From contig OX597817.1 of the NCBI GenBank assembly GCA_951406725.2, positions 13,206,001 through 13,270,000 on the forward strand: DNA of 64,000 nt, read 5' to 3'. Below the pieces are notes generated by a model. That model ran no database searches. It had not been told where the DNA came from and was given only the letters and a program-made list of their open reading frames with translations. The stretch comes from Octopus vulgaris (taxonomy: Eukaryota). Positions 39,748 through 54,039 of this stretch are shown here, piece by piece. Position numbers and translations under genes: made by a program. Numbering within the stretch: position 1 is the stretch's first letter; every line of letters starts with the position of its first letter.

Positions 39748-41399
39748 CAGCGCGTACACATACACTTACACACACAGGTATCTATGTACATGTGTGTGAG
39801 TTGTTTAATAGGTCTATATGTCTACTGTGTGCTGCTTTGTCAAACATTGTCTCGTAATGTTTTGGTAATTTATTATTTATGAATTATATAAACAAGGAGA
39901 CATTGACATTGAACAAATCCCTTACAGCTAGAGCCCTAGACTCCTTCATCATTAGTTTTAGTGTGACTATTATATTATTTGTGTATCATCTTAATTGCTA
40001 TTTTCCGGAGTTTTTAAGTGCAGTTTCAAGTCCTGGCATGCATCCGGTTCCCCTTGCTAGAATGCCATTATTTAGATGTGGGTACACAGGGAAGAAATGC
40101 AGAAATATTAATGTGCTTATAAGACAAAAAAACAGTTATTACTTTTTGTTGCAAAGATAGGTTTTTGCATTTTATGTTTATTAGATTAATATGTTGAGTC
40201 CACGTAATTTTAACAAATAGGTGCAGACGTAGCTGTGAGGTAAAAAGCTTGCTTACCAGGTTTCAGGTTCAGTCCTACTGCATGGCACTTTGGGTAAGTA
40301 TCTTCTACTATAGCCTCTGGTCGACTAAAGTCTAGTGAGTGGATCTTGAAGACAGAAACAGTCGTATGTGTGTGTGTATGCGCGTGTCTTTTTGTCCGTA
40401 TCTGCCCAATCTCCCGCTTGACAAACTGGTGTTGGTGTGTTTACGTCCCCGTAAATTAATGCTTCGGCAAAAGAGACCGATAGAATAAGTAATAGGCTTA
40501 ACAAAAATTAAGTACTGGGGTCGAATTATTCGACTAAATTTTCTTCAGGATGGCTGCAGTCTAATGACACCAACAAGTTAAGGAATAAAAGAATATACCA
40601 TCCAAGATGGGATGATGCACTGTATCAGGTATTTTTGTCTGTTTTTACATTTACTCGGCATGGTCATTTGGAAGAGTTATTAAAGTCTCCGATAAAAATA
40701 TTTAGCGTTATTCGTTTCGAATCTTTGGGCTCTGAGTTCAAATCTTGCCGAGTTCAATTTTGTTTTACATCCTTTCGAGGTCGATGACGGTCGATCCGGA
40801 TGCTTTGGGTTAATTGTTCCCGCTCTTTGCGTCCCCAGTGCAGATTTCCCATTCGCTTGTTTGGACGGTAGATTTAATCTGTCACCCAATTTAACACTTC
40901 TGCCTGGCACCGTTAGTGAAGTCTACTCTGTTGCAAGCATTCGAGTAGCTCCCCGGTTTGAGGATACTTCCATTCAGTCTCGGAACTCCTATAAGACGTC
41001 ATAGACAGTCTCCGCTACCGACGTGTAGATATTAAAATAAATAAATTAAAATTAAAAAAAACAAACAAACGGTGTTGTCAGTAGCACTTGAGACAAATAA
41101 ATGATATTTCCTTTCATATTTAAGGATAATTTGTTAGAATTAAACCATTAAAACTCATAGTTAATTTTTTAAAAAATATTTCAACACCATTTATATTTCG
41201 GGACGGTCATTTTTTTTGCCAAAATAAACACACGCAATACATATTCTTTCTTCACTTCAGCTTTATTATTGTTCTTATTTTCTGTCCTTTGTCTTAAATC
41301 CTTCGTCACACATCCTGTGACCTCTTCAGCGACTCGCCATCCGACGTGTTTAAGATCATTTTTACTGAAGTATATTGTTGTCTAAGGGATGTAGATCTA

Positions 41400-41900
41400 A
41401 ATTAATGGTCAATTGTGAATAAAGTGACCTGAGTACTGAAGACCATAGTAACATCCTCGTGTTATATTAATTTCAGAAGAGCTAAAATTATACAATTCTA
41501 GATTCTGCTTCCTATTCTCTAAACAACTTTCAAACCAAATATTTAGTACACCATAGTGTTGTAATTATGATTTCAGTACTGGATAGTTTAAAATATCAAA
41601 AGTCCTTTGCTATGTCTAAAAATATCAGAGAAGTAAATTAGGATTTAAGTAACGAGTTGCATCAGTTATTTTACCAAGGAATCAGAGTAGCGTGACGATT
41701 TTTCCTGAAGCCAAAACTGGCGATCGTATAAAATATACATTTGTAGAACGATTTTTTCTGCGATTTTTCTTAAATTTGGAAGCAAGATAACTGTTAAAAT
41801 TACAGTCACCTTGCTATATTTCATATTTGTTGGGATAATACTGGATTCCATTAATCTGTTGCAAAGAAATATGAAGTATAAATTACACTTGACGAGGAGT
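41400..41900 (-). mobile_element. decayed LINE RT relic (CR1/L2 group)
   Basis: IIPTNMKYSKVTVI...LPNLRKIAEKIV...YDRQF and LIFLDIAKDF remnants. Confidence 0.6.
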
Positions 41901-42529
41901 AAGGATATCTCATCATACATTATTGAAAATTATGATAGGATTAAAATGTTCTAAAGATCGTTCCTGATTTTGACTTGATCAACATTGAATGTTGTTATAT
42001 TTATACTGAGTCGAGGTGACGAAAAGGTAAGAGTTCTAAAGGTAACTTAGAATGAAAAAACATTCTTTCTGTTCGTTTCATAGTTGAATTATAGATCTTT
42101 AAAAGTTAGGCTGAGTTTCACTTACCAATGTTTGCGATGTCTCCTTAATTTGAAACAAGAGACGGTGCATCGAGAATGATATTTCCGGAAAAGTTTCCAG
42201 CAACTTATCAAACTAGTCTTTGTACTTCAATACAAAAACTGGTTTCATAAGCTGCTTTGTACTTCAGCATTGTTTTACGTTCTATTGTAAAAACCACACC
42301 CCTGAAAGTTCTCCAGTCATCATTCTGGGGAGTGTATATCTCTTTATTGTAAGGTAAAATTTACTTTGTTAGGTATGTTATGCACAAGTCAAGATAATGG
42401 TACTATGTGCTAGTGTTGTATTGGCATGTACCCCCCCCCCCCCCCAAAAAAAAAAGAAAAAAAGGATATTGGATAGTGACAAAGTCTTATGCTGGAAATT
42501 TGATGGCATTTTGCTGGTTATATATGCAG

Positions 42530-43195
42530 AACAAGAGAGAAGGAGACACTGATGGTCCTCTGGAAAACATTCATCCTCAGCCGCTTGGACAACTGCTCCC
42601 AACTATGGTCACCACACAATATAAAGCTAACAGCAGAACTCGAAGCAATTCAACGAAGCTACACTAAGAAGATCGTCCCAATGCAACATGTCAGCTATTG
42701 GGAAAGACTGAAAGTATTAAAACTCTTCTCCCTGGAGCGAAGGCGGGAGAGATATGCAATGATATACATCTGGAAAACCCTAGAGGGTCTTGTCCCAAAC
42801 TTTGGCATTCAAAATTACCCCAACCGCAGAATGGGGCGCCACTGCATGGTGCCAAAGATTCCAGCATCACCATCAAAATACAGGACCAGATACTGCAACA
42901 GCTTGGGTTTCAGAGGACCACAGCTCTTCAACATCCTCCCTAAATGCCTGAGAGACCTGCATGGTGTGGGTGTGGATTTCTTTAAAACTAAACTGGATCT
43001 CTTCTTGTCGGAGGTCCCAGATGAACCTACCTCACGACAGGAGACGCAGATGCGGGCAGCTGCATCGAGCTCCCTTGTTGACCAAGTGTCACGTATCAGA
43101 GGTGGATTCACATATTAGTATGGCTCATTCAGCGGTGGTGCCCCAGCATGGCCGCGGCCTTCGGGCTGAAACATTTTTAAGGATTTAAGGATTTA
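42530..43195 (+). mobile_element. CR1-type LINE 3' fragment with 3'UTR and (taaggatt)n tail
   Basis: FILSRLDNCSQLWSP...LEAIQRSYTK...SYWERLKVLKLFSLERRRERY...FKTKLDLFL. Confidence 0.9.
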
Positions 43196-44243
43196 TATGA
43201 ATAAATAGCTAGCAACATAGATGGATATTAAATGAAGTGAAATAACATTACAAATAAAAGCTACAGTTAATATGAAAGTACTCAAAATAAGAATAAAGTA
43301 GTGACGTAATTTTATAAATAGTGAAACCGTAAGTTTATAAATTGACTGTTGCATCGAAAATGGATATTCATATCTATGAATATACTATACATACGCTAGA
43401 AAACAAAGTACCAGTGATGGCAGATTAGTAAAATTTGAATAAGGCATACTTCCCCTATTTGGTATTCTGTCCAACACCGTGTACCCAAATAAAGACGTTT
43501 AACTTTTCGTTTAGCTCTTTCATTGAAGTACAGCACACCTCTACCAATTAGGGACACTAACTTTCGAAAAAGGTTCTGCTCCATTTAAAAGTTTTCTTTC
43601 CTCTTCACGGCATATTAATACATCAATTTTTTTTGCTTCGTCTTTGCTTCACTACTGAGTAGTTTCACTATTTTGTTGTGATTAGTTCAACAACATGCAA
43701 TAAACTGGTGTTCCTCTTTAGAAAGACTGCCAGATGTCTCTCAAACACGCAATGCTTTCAATGTAAACTCCAATACACGTCACCTACTACGCAGGACGCT
43801 TCTCGGAAGCAGACTACGTAAACAAGAACTTGTGGTGAAAAGAAGCCAGTTCAAAGTAGATTCAATCAAAACGGCTCATGTGATTATAGTGGTATATAAA
43901 TGTAACAGTATAACAAAAATAGGATTTTAATTTTTGACCTTTGAATCAGAGTAACACTCCCTAAGAAAAAAAAAATGTGAAAAAAAGTCAAGAAAAAATA
44001 GCAGGGTGTTGTTGCATCAACATATTAGCAAGTTTTTATACTATGTAGTCATCTGCAAAACATTTTAGCTACTAAAACAACCGAAAAGCATATTTATAAT
44101 TTGGAATAATGCTGCCTAGTTAGAGCTTTAACGACCAAAATGTAGGACTGACTTGCTAAAATCTGGACAAGTAATAACTATTACAAATAAGAACATGAGT
44201 AAATGAGTAGCAATTATTATTTGACAACTATCGTTATTACTTA

Positions 44244-44642
44244 CTAGCAGTATCGCCCGGCGTTGCTCGGGTTTGTAAGGGAAATAACTATATAAGCATT
44301 TTTAGAGAGTTATAGCCAAAAAATAGTGAAAAAATGCATTAAAAATGGAAAAAAAATGATGGTAATTTTTTTTTAAAATCGTAGACTCATCGTAGACATT
44401 TTTAGAGAGTTACTTCCCTTATATAATAGCGAAAAAATGCATTAAAATGGAAAAAATGATGGTAATTTTTTTTAAAATCGTAGACTCATCGTAGACGCGC
44501 GCTAATACCCAGAAGGGCTCGATATGAATCACGACTATAAGATACCCGGTTTTGGTTAAACTTCACCGCAAAATGTGGGAGTAGTTAGGAATCTAAATCG
44601 TAGGAGACAGACAGCACACAACCTCACTTTTATATATAAAGA
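44244..44642 (-). mobile_element. non-autonomous Helitron
   Basis: A|TC 5' end, 3' hairpin plus CTAG|T, no TSD, internal direct subrepeat. Confidence 0.88.
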
Positions 44643-44866
44643 TTATAGCTATTTATAGGGCAGTGTGTGACAGAAATGGTAGAATGATGATTTATATAGC
44701 CTGAGATATTTTGATGTGTCTGTTTGTGTTCTGAGTCCAAAGTTCCGTCCCGGTTCCATTGTTTTAAACTAAGCCGTCAATAAAACATGTACTGGAGACG
44801 GCTCAAACGGTGGCAGTTTCTAAATCTATAGCATTGTGTATGTTTAACGTTAATATTTTAGAATAT

Positions 44867-45178
44867 GTGGAGGCACAATGGCCCAGTGGTTAGGGCAGCG
44901 GACTCGCGGTTGTAGGATCGCGGTTTCGATTCCCAGACCGGGCGTTGTGAATGTTTATTGAGCGAAAACACCTAAAGCTTAACGAGGCTCCGGCAGGGGG
45001 TGGTGGTGATCCCTGCTATACTCTTTCACCACAACTTTCTCTCACTCTTTCTTCTGTTGGCCTGCTCACTTAGCCAGCGGGGTGGCGTCATTTGGAGGCT
45101 AAAACAATGCGAAGCGCATTGTGACCAGCGATGTGTAGCAACATCTGATAGCCTGGTCGGAAAAAGAAAAAAAGAAAA
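44867..45178 (+). mobile_element. SINE with family D head and alternative tail
   Basis: TSD attttagaatat; tail also found alone at 56086-56210. Confidence 0.85.
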
Positions 45179-45487
45179 ATTTTAGAATATTTATATATTT
45201 TCACTTTGTTTTAGCCATCATGGTGAAGGCCATGCTGAAGCATTATCTTTATATGTGACGCCCATAAATATTTTGGCAGTATTGAATTTTAGGTAAAAAA
45301 AAGCGACCAGTTTAGGGGACGTGGAAATCGAATGTATGACACCTTTATCATTCTGAATATATTAACAGCATAAGTAAAGTGAATTAGACTGTAACCTTGT
45401 TTCACCATACTCATCGATACGTTTAGTTTCTCTCCGACAAGCCTTTTATTTTAGATTGAATACTAGGATACTTTTAGTATGGTAGTT

Positions 45488-45891
45488 AGTTAATTTTTTG
45501 GCTCGAAAAGCAAAAAGCAAGGCCATGTAGGGGGACATGGAGTTATGTACAGGGTGGTGTTCATGTAAAGAGTTCAGGCTACTTGAGGTCAAGGGAGATT
45601 TTGAACAAAGCGGTCGTCGGCATCTTCACCATCTCGTCTGGCAGCTTATTCCACGGATCCGCAACCCGGACGGAGAAAGCCCCTCTCCTTCGATTGAGAT
45701 GAAATCGTCGCAGATAGAGCTTTTCGGAATGACCCCGCAGCCGACGCTCTGGAGCAGGAGGGAAGAACAGCTCCTTCGAGAGGTTACACTTTCCGCTTAT
45801 GATGTTGTGAGCAAGAATGAGATCACCACGGCGTCGTCGTTTTTCTAGAGAATTAAGGTCGAGCGTTTTCAGTCTTTCTTCATAAGACAAA
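45488..45891 (-). mobile_element. CR1 LINE, 5'-truncated 3' end
   Basis: SYEERLKTLDLNSLEKRRRRGDLI...FSVRVADPWNKLP; TSD atggtagtt. Confidence 0.9.
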
Positions 45892-47726
45892 ATGGTAGTT
45901 CATACTCTGTCACTGGTTTTGCATAGTGTCAGTGACCAAAGCATACTAACTTTAATGGACAGGTTAAATCAGCTGCAAGAGGCTGTTATGTATGATGTAT
46001 TCAGTAGGATTGCTAGTTTAAATTTATGAAAAGGTGTGACTGGTATTGAAAAGTAGCCCCAGATGATAATTTTGCGAGTAAATTATAAAATAGAGATAAG
46101 GATTACCTCTAGGCTGTTCCTAATTTACTTAGTTGTTAATTTATTGATATTCTATCCTTACAAAATTAAAGTTTAAAGTAGCATGTGATCCAAATGAAAA
46201 AGATAAATGTCGGTGCTATCCTAAAATAGCAGCGGGATCACTATTTGTATCCCAGTCTAGTAATCCTAATAGTAAATAGTGACAGTACTGAATAACTATT
46301 GAGAGTTTAATTCAAGTTTTCTTCAGGACCTGGAGCAAGTCACAACTCCCCACCCCAACTAGAACATTCTTCCATGAAAATACTGTGATTTTTTTTATCT
46401 GTTAGGTCACCCCAGAGTTGATAGCAAGTTAATGGTTACTCTTTAAAATTGATAGTAAAATAACTAAACAATGATTAAAAAAAGATCATTGTTTCTAATA
46501 TATGCAGAAGGATAATAATTTTGGGGAATGGGGTTAGTTGGTAGCATGAACCCCAGTCCTTGCATGGTACTTTACTTTATTCATTCTAAGAAAATGGAAG
46601 GCAAAGTTGATTTTGGCAAAATTTGGATCCAAAGCATGTAGAATCGGAGAAATATCAGAAGGAAGCTGGTCGACACTTTAACGATTCTGCTATTCCATCA
46701 CTTTTTTTTTTATAACGAATTCTGATTTAGAAAGAATGACACAATTTTGAGGGGAGCAGATTAATCGAGTAAATCGACCTCAAAACTTGATTAGTGATTT
46801 ATTTTATCGACGAAAGGACGAAAGACTACAAAATAATTGATTCTTTTATGATTAAGAATTAATTCACATGGGAGAGGAAATGCAATGTTTTGATGTCTTT
46901 GCTTTCCGATACAACAAAGAACAAGGAAGTGACATCAGTGAAAGACAAACTGTGTTGTATAAAAAGGCTTATATAAAAATCAGAAAGGAAGGAAGAAAGA
47001 TAAACAAAGAAAAGAAGAAAGAAAGAAAGACAATACAACTTCATAGGATTTGAAAGAGTAATTTGCGGAATGATAATGAAATATGAATTATTTGACAACA
47101 ATACATATATATTAAAATATTGCTAAATTTAGATTCTCTTTAAAATGATAATGATTAGAAAAGAAGGCATTACGTTGATTTTGAAGAAAGCAAGCTAAAT
47201 AAAAATGCGGAATCTAGGCTTTATTCCAAAAAATAATCCCTTACGTAGGCCCAGACAGAGAAGGGCGTCGCAGTTACATTCTATAATCTGTGGGTGGTCT
47301 TCTGAAGAAAGTTTTAATTACCTTAGCCTAAAGGAATAAATTCGAAGAATGTATGGCCAACAGTGAAAAGTACTGTGGTTCGTTGCACATCAAAATGGAA
47401 TATTGTTGTGTAAGATTAAGTATGTGTTTGATTGAAACGTACAGGCTTGGAAGTATTAAAATTATTTTAGGCTGGTTTATAAAAATTCTAAAAATCTTTT
47501 TTAACTCACTTTTTCAAAAATATTTTTTCGATGCGGAGAAAAACAATTGTTAACATATTTCATTTAACAATCACGAGACATTCCAAATAACATTTAATTT
47601 ATTATTTTGTATTGCCCTTTCTGATATTATTTCAATTGTTTTTGTTTCTGTTCTGTTATTTTTTTTTATATAGAATAATCTTTTTAATGAAATTTATTAT
47701 AGTCGAATTTCGATATTTGTCAACAA

Positions 47727-48030
47727 GGCGCAGGAGTGGCTGTGTGGTAAGTAGCTTGCTAACCAACCACATGGTTCCGGGTTCAGTCCCACTGCGTGGC
47801 ATCTTGGGCAAGTGTCTTCTGCTATAGCCCCGGGCAGACCAATGTCTTGTGAGTGGATTTGGTAGACGGAAACTGAAAGAAGCCCGTCGTATATATGTAT
47901 ATATATGTATGTGTCTGTGTTTGTCCCCCTAGCATTGCTTGACAACCGATGCTGGTGTGTTTACGTCCCCGTCACTTAGCGGTTCGGCAAAAGAGACTGA
48001 TAGAATAAGTACTGGATAGAATAAGTACTG
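47727..48030 (+). mobile_element. SINE family A, 3'-truncated
   Basis: head and body match. Confidence 0.88.
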
Positions 48031-48275
48031 CTTTTCTCAATAATTTTTTTTTTTTTATAAATCATATAAATCATATAAGCCTTTTTTCCCCCATAGAAAC
48101 AGGCGTTAAAATATCGAAACAAAAATTTGATGGTTTTTTTTTTTTCATTCGTTCGTCCCTATGTATTTATTTTAAAAAATCATTTCAAGCAAATAAAAAG
48201 TCGGAGACAATCCTTAAAACCAGTTGCAGTGTTCTGCGTTGATGGATCAACAAAAGTAGTAGATTTAAATCGACC

Positions 48276-48359
<84 letters not shown>

Positions 48360-48366
48360 GTCTGTC

Positions 48367-48410
<44 letters not shown>

Positions 48411-48842
48411 TACACTATCGTTAGGCCAGTTACTGCAATATTTGTCCAGAGATAACATCTTTTATGGACTTGTGGTGTTAAAAAACACGATAAATATCAG
48501 AGACGAAAATTCGTTCCAGCAACAGCCAGCGGGAGCACTAGATTCATTTCGGCCTTTTGGAGCTTTTCAATGGCGCGTGATTCGTAGCCAGCCACATACA
48601 AGAATTCATCGTATCTGATAAAGGGAAAGTGAATGAAACGTTTTGTATTATTTATTCCGAAAAAAAGATAGCGAGCTGGTAGAATCGTTAGAACACCGGG
48701 CAAAATGCTTAGCAGCCGAGGTCGACTTTGCCTTTCATCTTTTCAGGGTTAATAAATTAAATACCAGTGGATTACTGGGGTCAATATAATTGACTTATAT
48801 ATTCTCCCGAAACAGTTGACCTTGTGCCAAAATTTGAAACCA

Positions 48843-49239
48843 TCTTTATATATAAAAGAGAAGTTGTGTGTCTGTCTCCTACGATTTAGATTCCTAACTA
48901 CTCCCACATTTTGCGGTGCAGTGTAACCAAAACCGGGTATCTTATACTCGTGATTCATATTGAGCCCTTCTGAGTATTAGCGCGCGTCTACGATGAGTCT
49001 ACGATTTTAAAAATAATTTACCATCATTTTTTTCCATTTTGATGCATTTTTTCGCTATTATATAAAGGAAGTAACTCTCTAAAAATGTCTACGATGAGTC
49101 AACGATTTAAAAAAAAATTACCATCATTTTTTTTCCATTTTTAATGCATTTTTTTGCTATTTTTTGGCTATAACTCTCTAAAATTGCTTATATAGTTATT
49201 TCCCTTACAAACCCAAGCAACGCCGGGCGATACTGCTAG
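48843..49239 (+). mobile_element. non-autonomous Helitron
   Basis: A|TCtttatatataaaag ... cccaagcaacgccgggcgatactgCTAG|T. Confidence 0.88.
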
Positions 49240-49414
49240 TTATTTATAAAGAAAAAAAAAGTGGGGTGGCAAGCTGGCAAAATCATTAGATCGTTGAAAA
49301 ACAATTCCTCGGGATAGTTGTTCCAACTCTACATTCTCAGCTGAAATCCCACCGAGATCAGTTTTTTTCTTTCATAATTCCAAGGTCAATAAAATAATGT
49401 GACAATGAAGTACT

Positions 49415-49795
49415 GGATGGATGGAAGCACTCCGTCGGTTCCGACGACGAGGGTTCCGGTTGATCCGAATCAACGGAACAGCCTGCTCGTGAAATTAACG
49501 TGTAAGTGGCTGAGCACCCCACAGACACGTGCACCCTTAACGTAGTTCTCGGGGATATTCAATGTGACACAGAGAGTGACAAGGCCGGCCCTTTGAAATA
49601 CAGGTACAACAGAAACAGGAAGTAAGAGTGAGAGAAAGAGTACAGCAGGGATCACCACCATCCCTGTCGGAACCTCGTGGAGCTTTTAGGTGTTTTCGCT
49701 CAATAAATACTCACAACGCCCGGCCTGGGAATCGAAACCGCGATCCTACGACCGCGAGTCCGCTGCCCTAACCACTGGGCCATTGCGCCTCCACT
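49415..49795 (-). mobile_element. SINE family D
   Basis: reverse complement of 21101-21486; imperfect TSD acaatgaa(g/a)tact. Confidence 0.88.
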
Positions 49796-50432
49796 TACAA
49801 TGAAATACTACGGTGGATATGACCGACAAATCCACTCCCTTCAAAATTTCTAGCCTTATTACTAAATTACAAACCATTGTTTCACCAACAAAAGGCAGCG
49901 AGTCGGCAGAATCGTTAGAGAGTCGGAAAGAAAATGCTTTGTGGAATTTCTTCCAGCTTTTGATATTCTGAGCTCAAATACCGCCGAGGTCAAATTTGCC
50001 TTTCTGGACCGACAAAACAAGATACCAGTCAAGTACTGGGGTTGTTGGCATCAACTAATCCCTCCCTTGAAAATTGCTAGCCTTGTGTCTAAATCAGAAA
50101 CAATTATCTAAGCTAAGATGACACGGCATTTTGTCGGCAGCAGAATAAAAATGCTGCCGACAAAATGCCGTGTTACGTCTTTATTTAAAACATTTACATT
50201 CTGAGTTCTAATCCGGTCACGGTCGACTTAGAGTTACCCTCTCCCCGGATGAATAAAAGAAATATCAGTGAAGTAAATGGGACGACTTTAAACAAAATTT
50301 GTGGTATTTTGGCTTTTGTTAGTTTGAGAAATTAGAAAACCTTTGCTGGTTTTCCTAAACGGAGAATAATGAGGACCAGTTAAATTAATTGGCAAATATT
50401 CCATTGTTAGAAATCGATAGTCGAAAGGAATA

Positions 50433-50759
50433 TCTTTATATATAAAAGTGAAGTTGTGTGTCTGTCTCCTACGATTTAGATTCCGGGTATCTTATAGTCG
50501 TGATTCATATCGATGAGTCTACGATTTAAAAAAAAATTTACCATCATTTTTTCCCATTTTAATGCATTTTTTCGCTATTATATAAGGGAAGTAACTCTCT
50601 AAAAATGTCTATGATGAGTCAACGATTTAAAAAAAATTTACCATCATTTTTTTTCCATTTTTAATGCATTTTTTTGCTACTTTTTGGCTATAACTCTCTA
50701 AAAATGCTTATATAGTTATTTCCCTTACAAACCCGAGCAACGCCGGGCGATACTGCTAG
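50433..50759 (+). mobile_element. non-autonomous Helitron, internally deleted
   Basis: same termini as 48843-49239. Confidence 0.88.
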
Positions 50760-51528
50760 TTTAATAAAGAATGGATTTAAAAAGAAATTTCAGTATTGTT
50801 TAATATGGAACTTGTGATTATACAATGGCGTTAGGAATCGGTAACCAAGAGAGTAGCTAAATGTGGTTGATTAGTAGAAGCTGTTGTTGTTTCAGTAAAG
50901 GAAACAGTAAGAGGAAGTTGATCGATAATAACCTACCTAATTAGATATTATACAAGCATAACTTTTTTTGTTTCACTTTATTTTCCCGAAGCAGCCGATG
51001 AGCAATCCTTAGCGCTATGTTATCGCAGATAAATAAATATGGCTGCTACACCAAATAAGTGCGTTCGCATAGCGATTTTTTCTTCTTTGGTTCGAAGTAA
51101 ATTTTGTAATTGTAAATATCCATATCTGTTGTTGTTGAAGAAAACTATTAGGAAAGGCATCCTGGTCGAGATACTCCCGCCATTTGTGTATCAGGAAGAA
51201 TATTGTTTCATACAGGCGTTATATAATACGGAAGGGTATGAGATTTGTTAGGATTTTGGCTGCTATTTTTAGCAAATTGAGCTATTATGTGTTTAATAAA
51301 CTTCTTTTCAAGTGAACAAAACTTCCTCTTCTCATTCTCTGCATACACCCGCTTCTGTCTTACAGTTTCAATGTAATACCTTCACAGAATGGAGATGAAA
51401 CAGGCGGCTTAGTCCGTCGAACTAAGAGAAGGTACGAATATTGACTAACAGAAAGAGAGAGTACTAGAAGAGGAGCGCTTGGTTTTATAACTATATATAT
51501 ACATACATACATACATACATACATACAT

Positions 51529-51622
<94 letters not shown>

Positions 51623-51710
51623 TTATATACATGAAACGATTGGTAGATTTTTTATCCCGCAAATGAATATTTATCTGCAAATCTGGCGTTAAGCACTCAT
51701 TCTCTCTGTT

Positions 51711-51758
<48 letters not shown>

Positions 51759-51760
<2 letters not shown>

Positions 51761-52543
51761 AGGGCATAAAAGTTAAATTTGTTGTTGAGAAAAAGTTAGC
51801 TGGCATGGAGGACTGGAAGCCATCTGAATATTGGGAAAAGAGTTACCTCTATCATGATGATGCGCGCTGGGTATCAAAATGCCGATATCGCGACTAATGC
51901 GCAATGCTCCGTGGACACTCTGAACGCTATAAGACGTGAAATGGACAGCTGCAACGGAAACCACGAAGCCGTGACCAGTAGGAAGTGAAACAGCAGGAAA
52001 TCTCATTGTTTCTGCAAGCTGTTTTTCACCCTTACATCTTTGAACATAGCCTTAGGCTCAATACAGGCAGCTATGTGAAGTTGATGGTGACTGTGGTCAA
52101 ACGTTGGCTCGGGGAGGGTTGCTGATGGAAGGCCATATATTTGGCAGCAGGTTTTGGCCTCTTGCCACTCCTCCAGAAAGAGTCAAAAGTAGTTGTCGGA
52201 GAATTTTGATGACTTCACTTGCATCAATTCCTAGCCTTCTAATTCCATCAATTGTAAGCCTCAATTGAGTGGGACAAGGTTGAGAAAGGTACTAACCTCT
52301 CTGCCTGCAACACCAGGGCTAAGCTTGGTGGCCAAGATCAAGAAGGAGTGCATGCGCCAGATTCCGAAGCCGCTTTCAGACCGTGTGGGAAGCTGAGGTC
52401 AACTACGTTGAGGAAACTGCTATCTCCTAGCAATAATCTATCACAGTTGATATTTTTCGATGTTTTAAAATACTTTTATTTTTGGACGAGATATTTTGCT
52501 ATATTTTCCTTTTATGAAAACTGTCAAAGTTAGCTAGTACGCC

Positions 52544-52547
<4 letters not shown>
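51759..52547 (+). mobile_element. Tc1/mariner (maT/DD37D-like) transposase relic
   Basis: MRAGYQNADIATNAQCS (HTH-like) and RPYIWQQVLASCHSSRKSQK*LSENF..*PSNSINCKP, a degenerate QQD.AP.H / WPPNSPD.NP motif pair. Confidence 0.7.
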
Positions 52548-52627
<80 letters not shown>

Positions 52628-53276
52628 TTAGCAATTAAGGACAACTTCTTAATAAGGAAAACTTAACAAGAAATTATCGGGTAGATAGCGTGAAAAACCT
52701 CATAAGAGAAAAAATTTCGAAAATAATTCTTTCTCATTGAACATATTAAATTTATATATAGAGGGCATTATTATACATACATTTTTTGAAAAATTGCATT
52801 CGGTGGGATTAGTAAAATTTTTGGTAGAAATGACTAATTTTGTCCCTCTTAGCGTGTGGCATGTATGTATAATAATGCCCTCTATATATAAATTTATATA
52901 TATATATATATATATATATGTACAGGGCGTTCGATTGTATGTATGTACATACATGCAGTCATATACATACATAGATGTATACATACATGCATACATACAT
53001 ACGCACAAGATACGCAATATTTATATACATGTAAATATTGTATGATAATATTTATATATATATATTATTATACATACATACACACACTCTTACAGACACG
53101 CGCGCGCGTATATCACGGCGCTAAATAGAAACCAGGCAACTTCCAGACTTTCTTATCTTAGCTACATTAATTTAGAAGCACCAAAATTAGAATGAATATT
53201 CTTTGAATTCACCTCATAGTTGGAACCGCCCAGTTATGGATTCTTGAAAGTTATATTTGTCACTGTGTACATATAT

Positions 53277-53361
<85 letters not shown>

Positions 53362-53673
53362 TTAGGGAATAAATCCAAACTTACAGGGAAAAATCAGATT
53401 TAGGATTGAATCCAATTTTATAGTAAAATATTATATTATAATAAATTAGAGACAAAACCACTATTAGGCAAATCAAACAAAGAAAGACTTAAGCCAATAC
53501 ATAAATTAATTTATATTATTCAAGCGAGACGAAATGTAGTAAGTATCGGTGCAAAACATACTTTCTGTAGCATAGTTATGCTTTTAGAAAATAATATAAA
53601 TTAATTTATGTATTCGCTTAAGTCTTTCTTTGTTTGATTTGCATAATAGTGGTTTTGTCTCTAATTTAATATA

Positions 53674-53714
<41 letters not shown>

Positions 53715-53752
53715 CATTCATATATATACATATATATAGCATACTTTTAATA

Positions 53753-53784
<32 letters not shown>

Positions 53785-53994
53785 CATACACACACGCATA
53801 CAGGCACACACATATATATGCATACATATATACATACATATATATGCATACATATATCTATGCATATATATACATATATATGCATATATATGTATATATA
53901 TATGTGTGTGTGTATGTATATATACATATATATGCATACATACATACACATACATACATACATACATACATACATACATACATACATACATACA

Positions 53995-54025
<31 letters not shown>

Positions 54026-54039
54026 GTGTGTGTGTGTGT

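Noticed and set aside
41301-41333. hammerhead motif (minus strand CUGAAGA g gucaca..gugac GAAG)
   Set aside because: Truncated after GAA, with no stem III or cleavage triplet; at most a dead relic
43396-43900. possible additional gene or transposase start
   Set aside because: No recognisable domain or convincing splice pattern
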